From: an uncultured Eubacteriales bacterium
Lineage (GTDB): Bacteria; Bacillota; Clostridia; Oscillospirales; Acutalibacteraceae
Length of the DNA stretch: 64,000 nucleotides
Assembly (NCBI GenBank): GCA_964540415.1
Contig: CAZIMM010000002.1
Coordinates: 2,932-66,931, forward strand
Direction of reading: 5' to 3'
The translations under genes were made by a program, and so were the position numbers. The notes under the pieces were generated by a model. The model did no database searches and was not told the origin of the DNA. It saw only the letters and a program-made list of their open reading frames with translations. Positions within the stretch are counted from its first letter, which is position 1; every line of letters starts with the position of its first letter. This document shows, one piece after another, positions 45,800-55,415 of this stretch.

Positions 45800-46376
45800 T
45801 ACCGGAATCAGAATAAGCTTTTTCTTTGCCGCTGTTGTGACACTTGCTCTCATTCTCGACAGAACCGGTACGGCGCTGATAACCCTGTGCGCCGCAGTGA
45901 TCCATGAAACCGGGCACCTGCTCTGCCTTTTGTGGTTCGGTGAAGCGCCGCGGCTCATCTGCCTTGAGCCGTTCGGAATGAGAATAACGCGCAGGGGCAA
46001 CATCGGTGTCGGCCTCGGGTGCGAGGCGGCAATAGCTCTTGCGGGTCCGTGCGCCAACCTTTTGCTTGCGGCAGTGCTTGCGATTGTCGGGCTGTGCTTC
46101 GGCGCTGCCGGGCTGAAAAGAGCCGTTGCGGTCAACCTCGCAATTGCGCTGTTCAACCTTTTGCCGATTCATCCCCTTGACGCGGGCAGAGCGCTTTATC
46201 ATCTTTTGTGCATAAGAATGAACACGGTTTCCGCCGAACGCACGGTGACGGTTGTCGGCTTTGTGCTGATTGTGCCTCTTGCGGCTGCAGGAGTTTTTGT
46301 GCTGATAAAAAGCCGTTACAACATTTCGCTGCTGCTGGCATCTGTGTATCTCGCGCTTTTGCTCATCAGAGGATAA
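45738..46376 (+). CDS. M50 site-2 metalloprotease, SpoIVFB-like but lacking a C-terminal CBS domain (start uncertain)
   Basis: HExxH as VIHETGHLL, and the second motif NLLPIHPLDAGRAL. It aligns by eye with the B. subtilis SpoIVFB membrane domain. About 212 aa. The called ATG overlaps the M23 gene by 62 nt. Confidence 0.7.
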   Translation: MCAATRLLRRITKLLTARVCDTGIRISFFFAAVVTLALILDRTGTALITLCAAVIHETGHLLCLLWFGEAPRLICLEPFGMRITRRGNIGVGLGCEAAIALAGPCANLLLAAVLAIVGLCFGAAGLKRAVAVNLAIALFNLLPIHPLDAGRALYHLLCIRMNTVSAERTVTVVGFVLIVPLAAAGVFVLIKSRYNISLLLASVYLALLLIRG

Positions 46377-46393
46377 ATAATTCAACAAAAAAT

Positions 46394-46445
46394 GCGGCTG
46401 TAACCGAACGCGAAAATGCGAAGGGTTACGCCGCGTTTTGCTTTG
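46394..46445. terminator. bidirectional terminator between the M50 protease gene and polA
   Basis: GCGGC(T)GTAACC ... GGTTACGCCGC with an 18-nt loop. AAAAAA lies upstream and GTTTTGCTTT downstream. Confidence 0.6.
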
Positions 46446-46512
46446 TAATTTGCGCCGGGGTGTTTCTTGACATCGTGGGCGGTTTGGATTATCATATACC
46501 GGATGAACCTGC

Positions 46513-49107
46513 TCAGCCCTTTGCGTCATACCATGTCTTTCCGCGGTGAGCGTCAACGCAGAGACGAACTTTCATTTTCACCGCGTTTTCCATTTTGTCA
46601 ACAAGAATTTTTTCAACCGCCTCTGCCTCGTTTTCGGGGGCTTCGACAATCAGCTCATCGTGTACCTGGAGAATCAGCTTCGCCGAGAGACCGCGGCTGC
46701 AAAGCTCCTCATAGGCCTTGACCATGGCAATCTTGATGATGTCCGCAGCCGTGCCCTGAATGGGCATATTGCGAGCGACCCGCTCGCCGAAGGCTCGTAA
46801 AGCGGCGTTTGAGGATGAAAGCTCCGGCAGATAGCGGCGCCGCTTGAACAGAGTTTCAACATAACCGTTTGCCTTTGCGGATTCAACAATTTTGTGCATA
46901 TATTCGTCAACGCCGGAATAGTGGCGAAGGTATTCCTTGATATAGCTGTCGGCTTCACTGCGCGTAACACCGATGTCCTTTGCAAGCGAAAAAGCGCCGA
47001 TGCCGTAAACAATCCCGAAATTGACTGCTTTCGCCCTGCTCCTCATCAGCGGAGTCACCATCGGCACAGGCATATTGAAAACCTGAGAAGCTGTCAGGGT
47101 GTGGATGTCAACGGATTCGTTGAACGCGTCGAGCATAACCGAATCGTCGGCGATGTCTGCAAGAACGCGCAATTCAATTTGCGAATAGTCCGCGTCAACA
47201 AGCACGCAGCCCTTTTTTGCCTTGAAAAATTTGCGCATTTCTCTCCCGAGCTCACTGCGCACCGGAATGTTCTGAAGATTGGGCTCTGTTGATGATATTC
47301 TGCCTGTGCGCGTTTCGGTCTGGTTGAGGGTGGAATGAATTCTTCCGTCCGCGCCGACAACCTTGAGCATTCCGTCACAATAGGTGGATTTGAGCTTTGC
47401 GAGAGTCCGGTATTCCAGCACCATGGCGACAATCGGATAATCGTCCGCAAGTGACTCGAGCACCTCTGCTCCGGTGGAATATCCGCTCTTTGTCTTTTTT
47501 TTCACGGGCAAACCGAGCTTTTCAAACAGCGCTTCGCCGAGCTGCTTGGGCGAATTGAGGTTGAAGGTGAATCCGGCAATGCCGTAAATCGCATCCGTAA
47601 GCTCGCTTATGCGTGAGTCAAGGCCGGCTCCGAAAGAGCGTATGCCGTCTGTGTCCGTCTCAAAGCCGACTAGCTCCATTGAGGCGAGCACACGCGCCAG
47701 CGGAATTTCAATGTCGCGCAGCAGCGGCAGCTGGCCGTTTTCATCCAGCAGCTTTTCAAGCTTTTCGCAAAGCTCCGGCAGCATGGAAGCATCCTTGCAC
47801 GAGGTGTCCGGCTCTGTTTTGAACACGGGTGACGGAACACCGTATTCCTGCGCGAGACGCTGCACGGAATAGTTGTTTGCCGAGGGGTTGAGAATATATC
47901 CGGCAAGGGACGTGTCAAATTTCACACAGTCCGTCGGAATATTGTTTGACAGAGCATAGGCGTAAACCGGCTTTGAGCTGTCGGTGAACTTTTCGATTCT
48001 TTTGTCCGCAAGAAACGAGGCGACAAACGGAGCAAAGCCGAGGCTGAGCGAATTTGCAGTCAGAACCCCGGAGGGAACTGCAAAATTCAGCGCACACAGG
48101 CTTCCCTCAAGCAAATCGGAGGTGAAATATGCCTTGCCTGCGCTTCTGAGATCTTCGAGCAGCTTTTCAAGGTCATATGCTTCCTCCGCGCACAGCGGCT
48201 TTTCCTTCTGAGCGGTTTTCTGCGGCTGCTGTTCACGCGGCTGTGCAGGAAGCCTGAGCCTTTCAAGGAGCTTGAACATTTCAAGGTCTGTGAGAATGCG
48301 TGTCACCTCAAAAGCATTCGGCGCGGAGGGCACATATTGATCCGCCCCGGATTCAACCGGAGCATCAAGACAGATTGTGCCGAGGGTACGGCTCAGATAA
48401 GCACTTTCGCGCCCCGCACGCAGCTTTTCGCGCACACCGGGCTTTATGTCAAGGGTGTCAAGCTTTTCATAGATATTGTCTATGCCGCCGAAGGATGCCA
48501 CCAGATCGGAGGCAGTCTTTTTTCCGACACCGGCGACTCCGGGAATGTTGTCGGAGCTGTCGCCCATAAGCGCCTTGATGTCAATGAGCAGGGCAGGCTC
48601 CACGCCGTATTCCTGCCTGACTTCCTCGGGAGTGTAGCGCTTTGTCACCGGTCTGCCCATTTGCGTTGAAGCGAGCAGCACAGTGACTCCCGGAGCGACG
48701 AGCTGAAGGCTGTCCCTGTCGCCCGTGGCAATGTAGCACTCGTCCGCTCCGCTTTTTGAACCCAGTGTGCCGAGAATATCGTCGGCTTCATAGCCCTCGC
48801 ATTCAATGAGGCTGTATCCCAGCGCCGTGAGCAGCTCCTTGAGCACCGGAAACTGCTGGGCAAGCTCCGGAGGCATACCCTTGCGCTGTGCCTTGTAGCC
48901 GGAATACATCTTGTGCCGGAATGTCGGCGCATGCATGTCAAAGGCAATTGCCACAGAATCGGGCGAACACTCGTCGAGCAGACGCAAAAGGATGTTCATG
49001 AAGCCTTGAATTGCGTTCGTGAACCTGCCGTCCTTTGTTGTAAGAAGCTTGATGCCGAAAAAAGCGCGATTGAAGATGCTGTTGCCGTCAATAACCAGAA
49101 GCTTCAT
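46513..49107 (-). CDS. polA: DNA polymerase I
   Basis: 864 aa, with a 5'-nuclease domain (MKLLVIDGNS..), a 3'-5' exo-like domain, and a family A polymerase domain (..DYSQIELRVLA.., ..QVHDELI..). Confidence 0.95.
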   Translation of the reverse strand: MKLLVIDGNSIFNRAFFGIKLLTTKDGRFTNAIQGFMNILLRLLDECSPDSVAIAFDMHAPTFRHKMYSGYKAQRKGMPPELAQQFPVLKELLTALGYSLIECEGYEADDILGTLGSKSGADECYIATGDRDSLQLVAPGVTVLLASTQMGRPVTKRYTPEEVRQEYGVEPALLIDIKALMGDSSDNIPGVAGVGKKTASDLVASFGGIDNIYEKLDTLDIKPGVREKLRAGRESAYLSRTLGTICLDAPVESGADQYVPSAPNAFEVTRILTDLEMFKLLERLRLPAQPREQQPQKTAQKEKPLCAEEAYDLEKLLEDLRSAGKAYFTSDLLEGSLCALNFAVPSGVLTANSLSLGFAPFVASFLADKRIEKFTDSSKPVYAYALSNNIPTDCVKFDTSLAGYILNPSANNYSVQRLAQEYGVPSPVFKTEPDTSCKDASMLPELCEKLEKLLDENGQLPLLRDIEIPLARVLASMELVGFETDTDGIRSFGAGLDSRISELTDAIYGIAGFTFNLNSPKQLGEALFEKLGLPVKKKTKSGYSTGAEVLESLADDYPIVAMVLEYRTLAKLKSTYCDGMLKVVGADGRIHSTLNQTETRTGRISSTEPNLQNIPVRSELGREMRKFFKAKKGCVLVDADYSQIELRVLADIADDSVMLDAFNESVDIHTLTASQVFNMPVPMVTPLMRSRAKAVNFGIVYGIGAFSLAKDIGVTRSEADSYIKEYLRHYSGVDEYMHKIVESAKANGYVETLFKRRRYLPELSSSNAALRAFGERVARNMPIQGTAADIIKIAMVKAYEELCSRGLSAKLILQVHDELIVEAPENEAEAVEKILVDKMENAVKMKVRLCVDAHRGKTWYDAKG

Positions 49108-49220
49108 ATCATCCGTCCTGTCCGTTGCGCATAAGAGCGCGCAAATAAAAATTCTGTTGATACTTTATATTATAGCACGTTGCGGCGCAAATCCGCAACA
49201 GTTTTTCAAAGGAGAGCTTT

Positions 49221-50189
49221 ATGTTTATCGGAAACGTTGAAATCAAGGGCAGCGCCGCCCTTGCTCCCATGGCGGGAGTGGCTGACCGTGCGTTCCGCGA
49301 GCTTTGCGTGGAATACGGTGCGGGCTACGTTGTCGGAGAAATGACGAGCGCAAAGGGCACAAGCATGGGCGACCGAAAATCACGGCAGCTTTTGTATGTT
49401 TCCGATGTTGAGCGTCCTGCGGCGGTGCAGATTTTCGGAGACTCTCCGGAGATAATGGCGGATGCTGCCGTAAAGTCACTTGACTTTACACCTGATGTAA
49501 TTGACATAAACATGGGCTGCCCCGCACCCAAGATTTCCGGCAACAGAGGCGGAAGTGCGCTGATGAAGTGCCCCGAGCACGCTGCGGAAATAACAAGGAG
49601 CGTTGTAAAGGCAGTTGACTTGCCGGTCACTGTGAAGATGAGAACCGGATGGGATTCGGAAAACCTCAACGCGCCCCTGCTTGCAAGGCTGTGCGAGCAG
49701 GCGGGAGCCGCCGCGATAACCGTTCACGGAAGGACGAAGCAGCAACAATATGCACCTCCCGTAAGCCTTGAACAGATTGCACTTGTGAAAAAAGCGGTGT
49801 CAATACCCGTCATCGGCAACGGTGATGTTACAAACGGAGAAAGCGCAAAAAAAATGTACGAGCAAACCGGCTGTGACCTTGTGATGGTCGGCAGGGGAGC
49901 GCTCGGCAGGCCGTGGGTGTTTGAACAAATCAACGAATATATGAAAAGCGGGCGTGTTCTGCCCGAACCGCCGATTGCCGAGCGCATGCGTGTGATGCTT
50001 CGCCACATTGAAAAGCTGTGTGAATACAAGGGTGAATATATCGGAATGCGTGAAGCGCGCAAGCACGCCGCGTGGTATATTCGCTCAATCAGAGGAGCTG
50101 CCGCGCTGCGCGGAGAAATATTCACTCTGACAACCTTTGACGAATTGAAGGCACTCGCGCGCAGGGTGACGGATTCCGGCGAGGTATAA
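49221..50189 (+). CDS. dusB: tRNA dihydrouridine synthase
   Basis: 322 aa. LAPMAGVADRAFR.., ..DINMGCP.., ..TVHGRT.. Confidence 0.9.
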   Translation: MFIGNVEIKGSAALAPMAGVADRAFRELCVEYGAGYVVGEMTSAKGTSMGDRKSRQLLYVSDVERPAAVQIFGDSPEIMADAAVKSLDFTPDVIDINMGCPAPKISGNRGGSALMKCPEHAAEITRSVVKAVDLPVTVKMRTGWDSENLNAPLLARLCEQAGAAAITVHGRTKQQQYAPPVSLEQIALVKKAVSIPVIGNGDVTNGESAKKMYEQTGCDLVMVGRGALGRPWVFEQINEYMKSGRVLPEPPIAERMRVMLRHIEKLCEYKGEYIGMREARKHAAWYIRSIRGAAALRGEIFTLTTFDELKALARRVTDSGEV

Positions 50190-50226
50190 TGCTGAAAAGA
50201 GTTTAACGCGGATTTTTTATAAAAGA

Positions 50227-50268
50227 ACACACCCGGAATGCGTCTGCGCCCCGGGTGTGTTTGTTTTC
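50227..50268. terminator. bidirectional intrinsic terminator
   Basis: Perfect 10-bp stem ACACACCCGG / CCGGGTGTGT (50227-50236 / 50251-50260). It is A-rich upstream, with TTGTTTTC downstream. Confidence 0.8.
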
Positions 50269-50301
50269 TTTGCAGAGATTGTAACTGCTTCTTCGTACTG
50301 C

Positions 50302-51675
50302 TCAGAAGCAGAAATACTTTTCCCTCTGCTTTTTCATTCTGCCGCTGAGTGCTTTGAGAATATCCTCCGCGCCTTCAATGCCGCAGGCATAGTCCTTCAT
50401 TGCGCGGCCCTCCTCGAAGCACAGCTCATCGTGCAGCGGGAAGAAATTGTTCAGCAGGAAGCAGGCATACCGCACAAGCCGCAGGTCGCCCACAAGGCGG
50501 AACTCTGTGCTGATGGAGTCAACGGCAACGCTGTAATTCCCCTTGATTGAGTCAATGATGGCTTTTCGCTCGTTTTCCGGCGAGAACACAACGGTTGAGC
50601 AGATAAAGCCGTTGCGGTTGTTGATTGAACCGTGGCTGTCGGTGCTTCCGACGATGGGATAGTTCCTGCCCTTTGCCCTGTCTTCATAAAAACGTATGGA
50701 CTGAAAGCCGTTTTGCTCAAAATAGTTTTCGCCGCCGAGCACCTCAAAAGCGTCAAAGGGCTGCTGCTGCATCATGTATTCAACAAAGGTTTCGGGAACC
50801 TGAAAAACATCGGATATCCAATAAGGATGCGCAAAGATGCCGAGTCCGTTTGCCTGCTTGATTTTGTCAAATATCCACTTGCAGCAGGCATAGGTGTTCT
50901 TCTCTATGCCGTCGGGGATATCAAGGGACTCTATTGTCTTTTCAACGTCCTCCCAGAATTCCTCCGCGGTCATCACCGGCGGACATGCTGCTCCGTTTAT
51001 GCTGCGGTGCTCATTGTCCGAACCGATTTCTTTGCAATGGTCGCTTGTTTCAATCAGAGCGTTGATGCTGAATTCACCGCCGAAATTGACAATGTGCACA
51101 TCGTTTATGCGCGGCGAACCGAGCTTGGGCATATGCACCTCCTCGCCGGGAATCAGAGTGTATTCAATCGGCACATTCCTGTAAGCGTCAATCGCCTCTA
51201 GGGACGGATAATAGCGGCAATGGTCGGTGATTGCAAGAAAATCATAGCCGTGGCGTCTGTAATTTGCGGCGACAACCGCAGGCGACTCATGGCCGTCGGA
51301 ACGGCAGGTGTGCATATGCAGGTCTCCGGCAAACGGGTATCTTCCGGCAAGGTCGTCGGCGACGCAATAAACGGAAAGCTGAAGAACCCTTTTGTTCTCG
51401 GAATTGTAAAGCCTGATAAAATATTCCTGCTCTCCGGAAAACGTGTAACGGAATCTGATGCACCCGTCGGACTGCGGCGCAACCTCAATGGAAACATTGT
51501 TCGGCCTGCCCGGATAATCGCTGTTCTTGCCCTGATTTATCGGGCGGATGCTCAGAATGTATCTGTTCTCCTCAAAATCCGCGTGATGTCCGAGCGGTTT
51601 AATGCAGATTTCCGCCTCCTTGCCCTCGCGGATCACCTTCGGAAAAATGTCATAATAGCTTAACTCGGTTTTCAT
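50302..51675 (-). CDS. PHP-domain (CehA/McbA-like) metal-dependent phosphoesterase family protein
   Basis: The ATG at 51675 sits 6 nt after AAGGGGTG (MKTELSYYD..). PHP motifs GDLHMHTCRSDGH and ..LAITDH.., ..STDSHG... About 120 aa at the N-terminus form a beta-rich domain of unknown type. Confidence 0.65.
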   Translation of the reverse strand: MKTELSYYDIFPKVIREGKEAEICIKPLGHHADFEENRYILSIRPINQGKNSDYPGRPNNVSIEVAPQSDGCIRFRYTFSGEQEYFIRLYNSENKRVLQLSVYCVADDLAGRYPFAGDLHMHTCRSDGHESPAVVAANYRRHGYDFLAITDHCRYYPSLEAIDAYRNVPIEYTLIPGEEVHMPKLGSPRINDVHIVNFGGEFSINALIETSDHCKEIGSDNEHRSINGAACPPVMTAEEFWEDVEKTIESLDIPDGIEKNTYACCKWIFDKIKQANGLGIFAHPYWISDVFQVPETFVEYMMQQQPFDAFEVLGGENYFEQNGFQSIRFYEDRAKGRNYPIVGSTDSHGSINNRNGFICSTVVFSPENERKAIIDSIKGNYSVAVDSISTEFRLVGDLRLVRYACFLLNNFFPLHDELCFEEGRAMKDYACGIEGAEDILKALSGRMKKQREKYFCF

Positions 51676-51765
51676 ATACAGCACCCCTTATTTTTATTGA
51701 TAAAAACGGAAAACGAGCCGCGTCACAGCACCGTCTAACGGTAATGATGCGGCTCTGATTTTCAA

Positions 51766-54700
51766 TTATTTTTGAATTGCAAAGCTGTCAATCCGGCTTG
51801 CAGTGCCGTCCTTAACACCGTATGCGTCAAAATAGAGCATATTGCCCTTGATTGTAAACGCAGAGAACACGGGATAGGTTGCGTCAACAATCTTCTCGGC
51901 TCTGGGGAAGAGCTTGTCGGTGTCGGAGGCGCTCTTTGTCTGATAGTATTTCACGCCGGAGCAGGCGCTGATGACATAAATTGTGCCGTTGGGGTTGACC
52001 TTGGCTGTGTATGCCTTGCCGTCATTTGTTACACTGACTTCCGTAATGCGGCGGTCAACACGGTTGTTTGTCATGGCGTTCGTGCGCAGATACACATGGT
52101 CGTGGCCCTGGAGAACAACGTCAATTCCGAGCTGAGGCATAAGCGCCTGAAGCTGCTTGCGGATTTGAATGACATCGTCATCGTCATAGTGCGAGCCGTT
52201 GGAATATGGAGCCTTGTGCAGCGCAACAATCTTCCACTGCGCGTTGCTTGCGGCAGCGTCCGCCTTCAGCCATGCCATCTGGTCGTCGCTCAGGCCCTCG
52301 TCGGCATTCAGGTTGTTTGTGTTGAGAACGATGAAGTGCGCGTTGTTGTAGTCAAAGGAATAGTAAACTCCGCTTTCGGTGTTCTGCTGCGGCACATTCG
52401 GAAGAATGAAGTTTTTGTCCAGAGCATATTCGCCTTTTGCCTCATGGTTTCCGGCGGCAGGCATGAGGACGGTGCTCTGCAGAGTGTCACTCGCCGTGTT
52501 GAACATCCAGTTCCACTGGCGGAAATTGTTGCCGGAATCGGAAAGGTCACCGGTGTTGACAATGAAGTCGGTGTCCGGAAGCATTGAGAAAGCGGTGTCA
52601 AGAGTGTCTGCCCAGACCTCATATTGACGCTCGATGCCGGACTGGCAGTCGCTGGTGTGAAGGAAGGTGAGGGAATCGGAATTGTCCGCGGTTTCAATCA
52701 CGCCGACCTTGCTCCACCAGCCGCGACTTGCGTCGCCGACACGGTAGCAGTATTTTGCTCCGGGAGTGAGCCCGGTGAGCGAGACAATGTGACGGTTGAG
52801 CTTGAAATCGTAATTGAGCACACCGAAAACACCGAAGTCAACGCCGGGCAAGGTGCGCACGGTTGTGACGGTGGAGGTCGAAATCCCCGCGCCGGAACTC
52901 GGCACGCCGGAAAAGACGGGTGCGGCAGAATAGGGGACAATCTCAATGTCCGTTGCGGTGAGGCTCAGTTTTGTGTACCAGCTTATGTTGCGTGAGGTTG
53001 CCGCACTGTCGCCGAAGGTGACGGAAATATTGGAGGGCAGACGCAAATCATCAACAGTCGGCGTCACCTCCACGGGGCCGTCATAAACGAGTGTTACATT
53101 CTTGTCTGCCTTCTGCCACGGGTCACTGTCCTGCGTGAAGCAGCGGAAGAATCTCGCAAACTCGGCGGCGATTGTGTCCATCTGGCTTTCGGTCAGATAT
53201 TCATCTATGTAATGGTGGATAATATCATCAATGGAACGGTATTCAATTATTCCGAGGTCTGAGATGAGCTTGAAAACTCTGTCAACAATGTTGCTGAGTG
53301 TGAAGTTGCCGCCGAAGAACGGGAAGAGGATTGCGTCAATCATACGCACAAGTCTCGCGCCGAAGGTTCCCTCCGGGAAAGCATAGCTCAGACGCAGCTC
53401 AAAGTTTTTGAAGATTTCTTCTTTAACAAGGTCATCAAGAGCAACCTCAAGAAGAGTGTCAAAAATCTTCTGTGAGTTTTCTCCGGCGTCAAATTTTGCG
53501 ATTATGTCCTGCATAAACAGGTCGCCCGCGGAATCCTCGTCCGCATTGTAAACATATGCAAGGCAGCTTGCAACTGCGTCGCCTAAAGTGCCGTTGCGGG
53601 TGCTGCTTCCGAAGCCCAGAGTGTCAATGTATTTTGTGCAGGGATAGTCGGAAATTTCAATGTTGAGCAGCTTGTTGATTTCTGTTCGCGCAAGCTCCAT
53701 TAGCCTTTCGGGATGTTCGATATAAACCTTGTCCGCCCTCGCACACATTTCCTTGACGAGCGAAAGAAGGTTTTCGCTTGAAAACACCGTTATGCCGACA
53801 AACTTGACTCCTCCGTTGAGAAGGTCGTCAAAGGTGCTTTTCAGGTCAATCTTGCTGATAAGGAAGTTGTAAAGTCCGCCCGCCGCCTTGATTTGCGGAA
53901 TATAGACATCGTTGAGATAATAGTCGGCAAACTGCATGACCATATTGCTCGGGTCGTTGCCGACAAAGTTCAGACCGAACGAGACATTGCGGAAGGGAAC
54001 AGGATATTCATAGCTGCCGTAAACAACAGGTTTTTCACAGTCAACGTCAAAGGTTTCAACGTCCATTTCAACCTTGCCGTTTTCGTCCGTGCTCATTGTC
54101 ACCTCACGGAAGTAATTCGGGAAGCTGAGAACGGAGGTCGTTGCAACATCGTAAATTGTTTCGCCGCTGTCCGACACCCAGCTCGAAACGTCCTGCATAT
54201 GTATGTGGCCGGAGAAGGTGTAGTTCATTCCGGCGTCCGCGTAGCTTTCGGCAAGGGTTTGCCAGCAGTCAACCGGGAAATCCTGGAATAAGGATTCCTC
54301 TGTGCTGAAATGCGGAACGACGTTGTGGTGGGACATGCCGATAACCGTCAGCCCCTCCGCCTTGGCTTTCCTTATCTCATTGAGCACCCAAGTCCTGAGC
54401 GAGTCGGTGACGTTTCCGCGTGTTTCATAGGTTGCTCCGGTTTTCTCAATGTTGTCGGCACTGTAGCAGCCGTCGTCAACCGCAATAAGTCTGTAGCCTC
54501 CGTCAAGGGTTGCGGCGTAGGAGAGCATACCGCCCTTTTCTCCCTGCGGGGGAGTATAAAAACTGTCCGCAAGGTCATAGCCGAAGTCGGAATAAATTGT
54601 TTTGAAATTTTCGGGAGTTACGGAGCTTGCCGGAACAAAGCCGCCGTTAACGTAGCTTGCGGCGTTGCTGTTGTTGATGTCGTGGTTGCCGTTGATGACA

Positions 54701-55089
54701 AAAACCTGGATTCCGGTTTCTTCCTCAAACGCGGCAAGCCTTTCGGCAAACCCGAGGTGGCTTGCAAGCTCCCCGTTTTTTGTCAGGTCGCCGGGGATTA
54801 ACAGGTATTTGAGGTTGTTGTCATCCGCGTGAGCCTTTAACGCAGCAAAGGCGGAGTCAAGAACAGAGTCTGCAAGATAGCTGGTTGAAATGGTCTTTTT
54901 GCAGGCGCTGACAAATGAATCAACGTCGGAATGATAAAGGCTCTGGTCGTAATAGTGAGTATCGCTCACAACAGCAAAGCTCAGTTCACTTGTGTTTTCT
55001 GTTGCAAAAACAGCAGAAGGCATTGTTGCAAGAACAACAACAGCCGCAAGAAATGCACACAACAGTTTAAATGAAAGTTTCTGTTTCAC
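51766..55089 (-). CDS. secreted 1107-aa protein with two calcineurin-like metallophosphoesterase domains (the second is purple-acid-phosphatase-like)
   Basis: The GTG start sits 6 nt after GGAGGA. Signal peptide MKQKLSFKLLCAFLAAVVVLATMPSAVFA. Domain 1 motifs: SDTHYY, GDLTKNG, NGNHD, SHH, GHIHM. After a helical middle region comes an Fn3-like PAP N-domain (NISWYT..YCYRVGD), then domain 2 motifs: HTSDCQ, TGDLSD, AGNHE, LHKAPYS, GHDHVY. Confidence 0.8.
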   Translation of the reverse strand: MKQKLSFKLLCAFLAAVVVLATMPSAVFATENTSELSFAVVSDTHYYDQSLYHSDVDSFVSACKKTISTSYLADSVLDSAFAALKAHADDNNLKYLLIPGDLTKNGELASHLGFAERLAAFEEETGIQVFVINGNHDINNSNAASYVNGGFVPASSVTPENFKTIYSDFGYDLADSFYTPPQGEKGGMLSYAATLDGGYRLIAVDDGCYSADNIEKTGATYETRGNVTDSLRTWVLNEIRKAKAEGLTVIGMSHHNVVPHFSTEESLFQDFPVDCWQTLAESYADAGMNYTFSGHIHMQDVSSWVSDSGETIYDVATTSVLSFPNYFREVTMSTDENGKVEMDVETFDVDCEKPVVYGSYEYPVPFRNVSFGLNFVGNDPSNMVMQFADYYLNDVYIPQIKAAGGLYNFLISKIDLKSTFDDLLNGGVKFVGITVFSSENLLSLVKEMCARADKVYIEHPERLMELARTEINKLLNIEISDYPCTKYIDTLGFGSSTRNGTLGDAVASCLAYVYNADEDSAGDLFMQDIIAKFDAGENSQKIFDTLLEVALDDLVKEEIFKNFELRLSYAFPEGTFGARLVRMIDAILFPFFGGNFTLSNIVDRVFKLISDLGIIEYRSIDDIIHHYIDEYLTESQMDTIAAEFARFFRCFTQDSDPWQKADKNVTLVYDGPVEVTPTVDDLRLPSNISVTFGDSAATSRNISWYTKLSLTATDIEIVPYSAAPVFSGVPSSGAGISTSTVTTVRTLPGVDFGVFGVLNYDFKLNRHIVSLTGLTPGAKYCYRVGDASRGWWSKVGVIETADNSDSLTFLHTSDCQSGIERQYEVWADTLDTAFSMLPDTDFIVNTGDLSDSGNNFRQWNWMFNTASDTLQSTVLMPAAGNHEAKGEYALDKNFILPNVPQQNTESGVYYSFDYNNAHFIVLNTNNLNADEGLSDDQMAWLKADAAASNAQWKIVALHKAPYSNGSHYDDDDVIQIRKQLQALMPQLGIDVVLQGHDHVYLRTNAMTNNRVDRRITEVSVTNDGKAYTAKVNPNGTIYVISACSGVKYYQTKSASDTDKLFPRAEKIVDATYPVFSAFTIKGNMLYFDAYGVKDGTASRIDSFAIQK

Positions 55090-55294
55090 AGTGTATCCTC
55101 CGCTTTATAAAATAGATATATATACAATAGCATATTTGTGTTCCTTTTTCAGCAGGTTTAAAAAAATTTAACATTTTTTTCTATTTGTTGCTGTCTAAAC
55201 TGATAGAGAGGAAATATGCAAACAGGTTGCATAATCGTTTTCGGGATATTTGAACAGAAATCAGATAAAGTTAACAAATTGTTTACAAATGAAC

Positions 55295-55335
55295 GCAAAC
55301 AAATGTTTGCCATTTGTGAACATCTGTGCTATAAT
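55295..55335 (+). promoter_or_regulatory. lexA promoter (TTGCCA-17-TATAAT) overlapped by two LexA-box-like sites
   Basis: -35 at 55307-55312, 17-nt spacer, -10 at 55330-55335. A perfect inverted repeat GCAAAC-AAAT-GTTTGC (55295-55310) has the core CAAACAAATGTTTG, which matches about 12/14 positions of the Bacillus Cheo box CGAACRNRYGTTYC. A weaker second site, TGAACATCTGTGCT, lies at 55317-55330. Confidence 0.55.
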
Positions 55336-55415
55336 ATTTTCAACGGCAATGCTGCCGTATTATGCGGCACGTTTTTGCACACTCTTAAAACGTTGCTGCG
55401 GAAAGCGGTGATTCA

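Noticed and set aside
46467-46495. A near-consensus promoter-like element (TTGACA-17-TATCAT) on the plus strand, pointing antisense into the 3' end of polA.
   Set aside because: There is no downstream coding potential or recognisable RNA structure. Chance hexamer matches are expected in 64 kb. It would need TSS data, so it is not reported as a feature.
44193-46556. Several long antisense ORFs (44193..44987 +, 45461..46156 -, 45726..46556 -) across the response regulator, M23 and M50 genes.
   Set aside because: All lie opposite well-supported genes. One even runs through the bidirectional terminator at 46394-46445. Their composition is Arg/His/Pro-rich and non-protein-like.
55336-55415. A small hairpin plus U-run (TGCCG-TATTATG-CGGCA-CGTTTTTG) in the lexA leader that looks like an attenuator.
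   Set aside because: The stem is only 5 bp, and the predicted stability is too low to call a terminator or attenuator.
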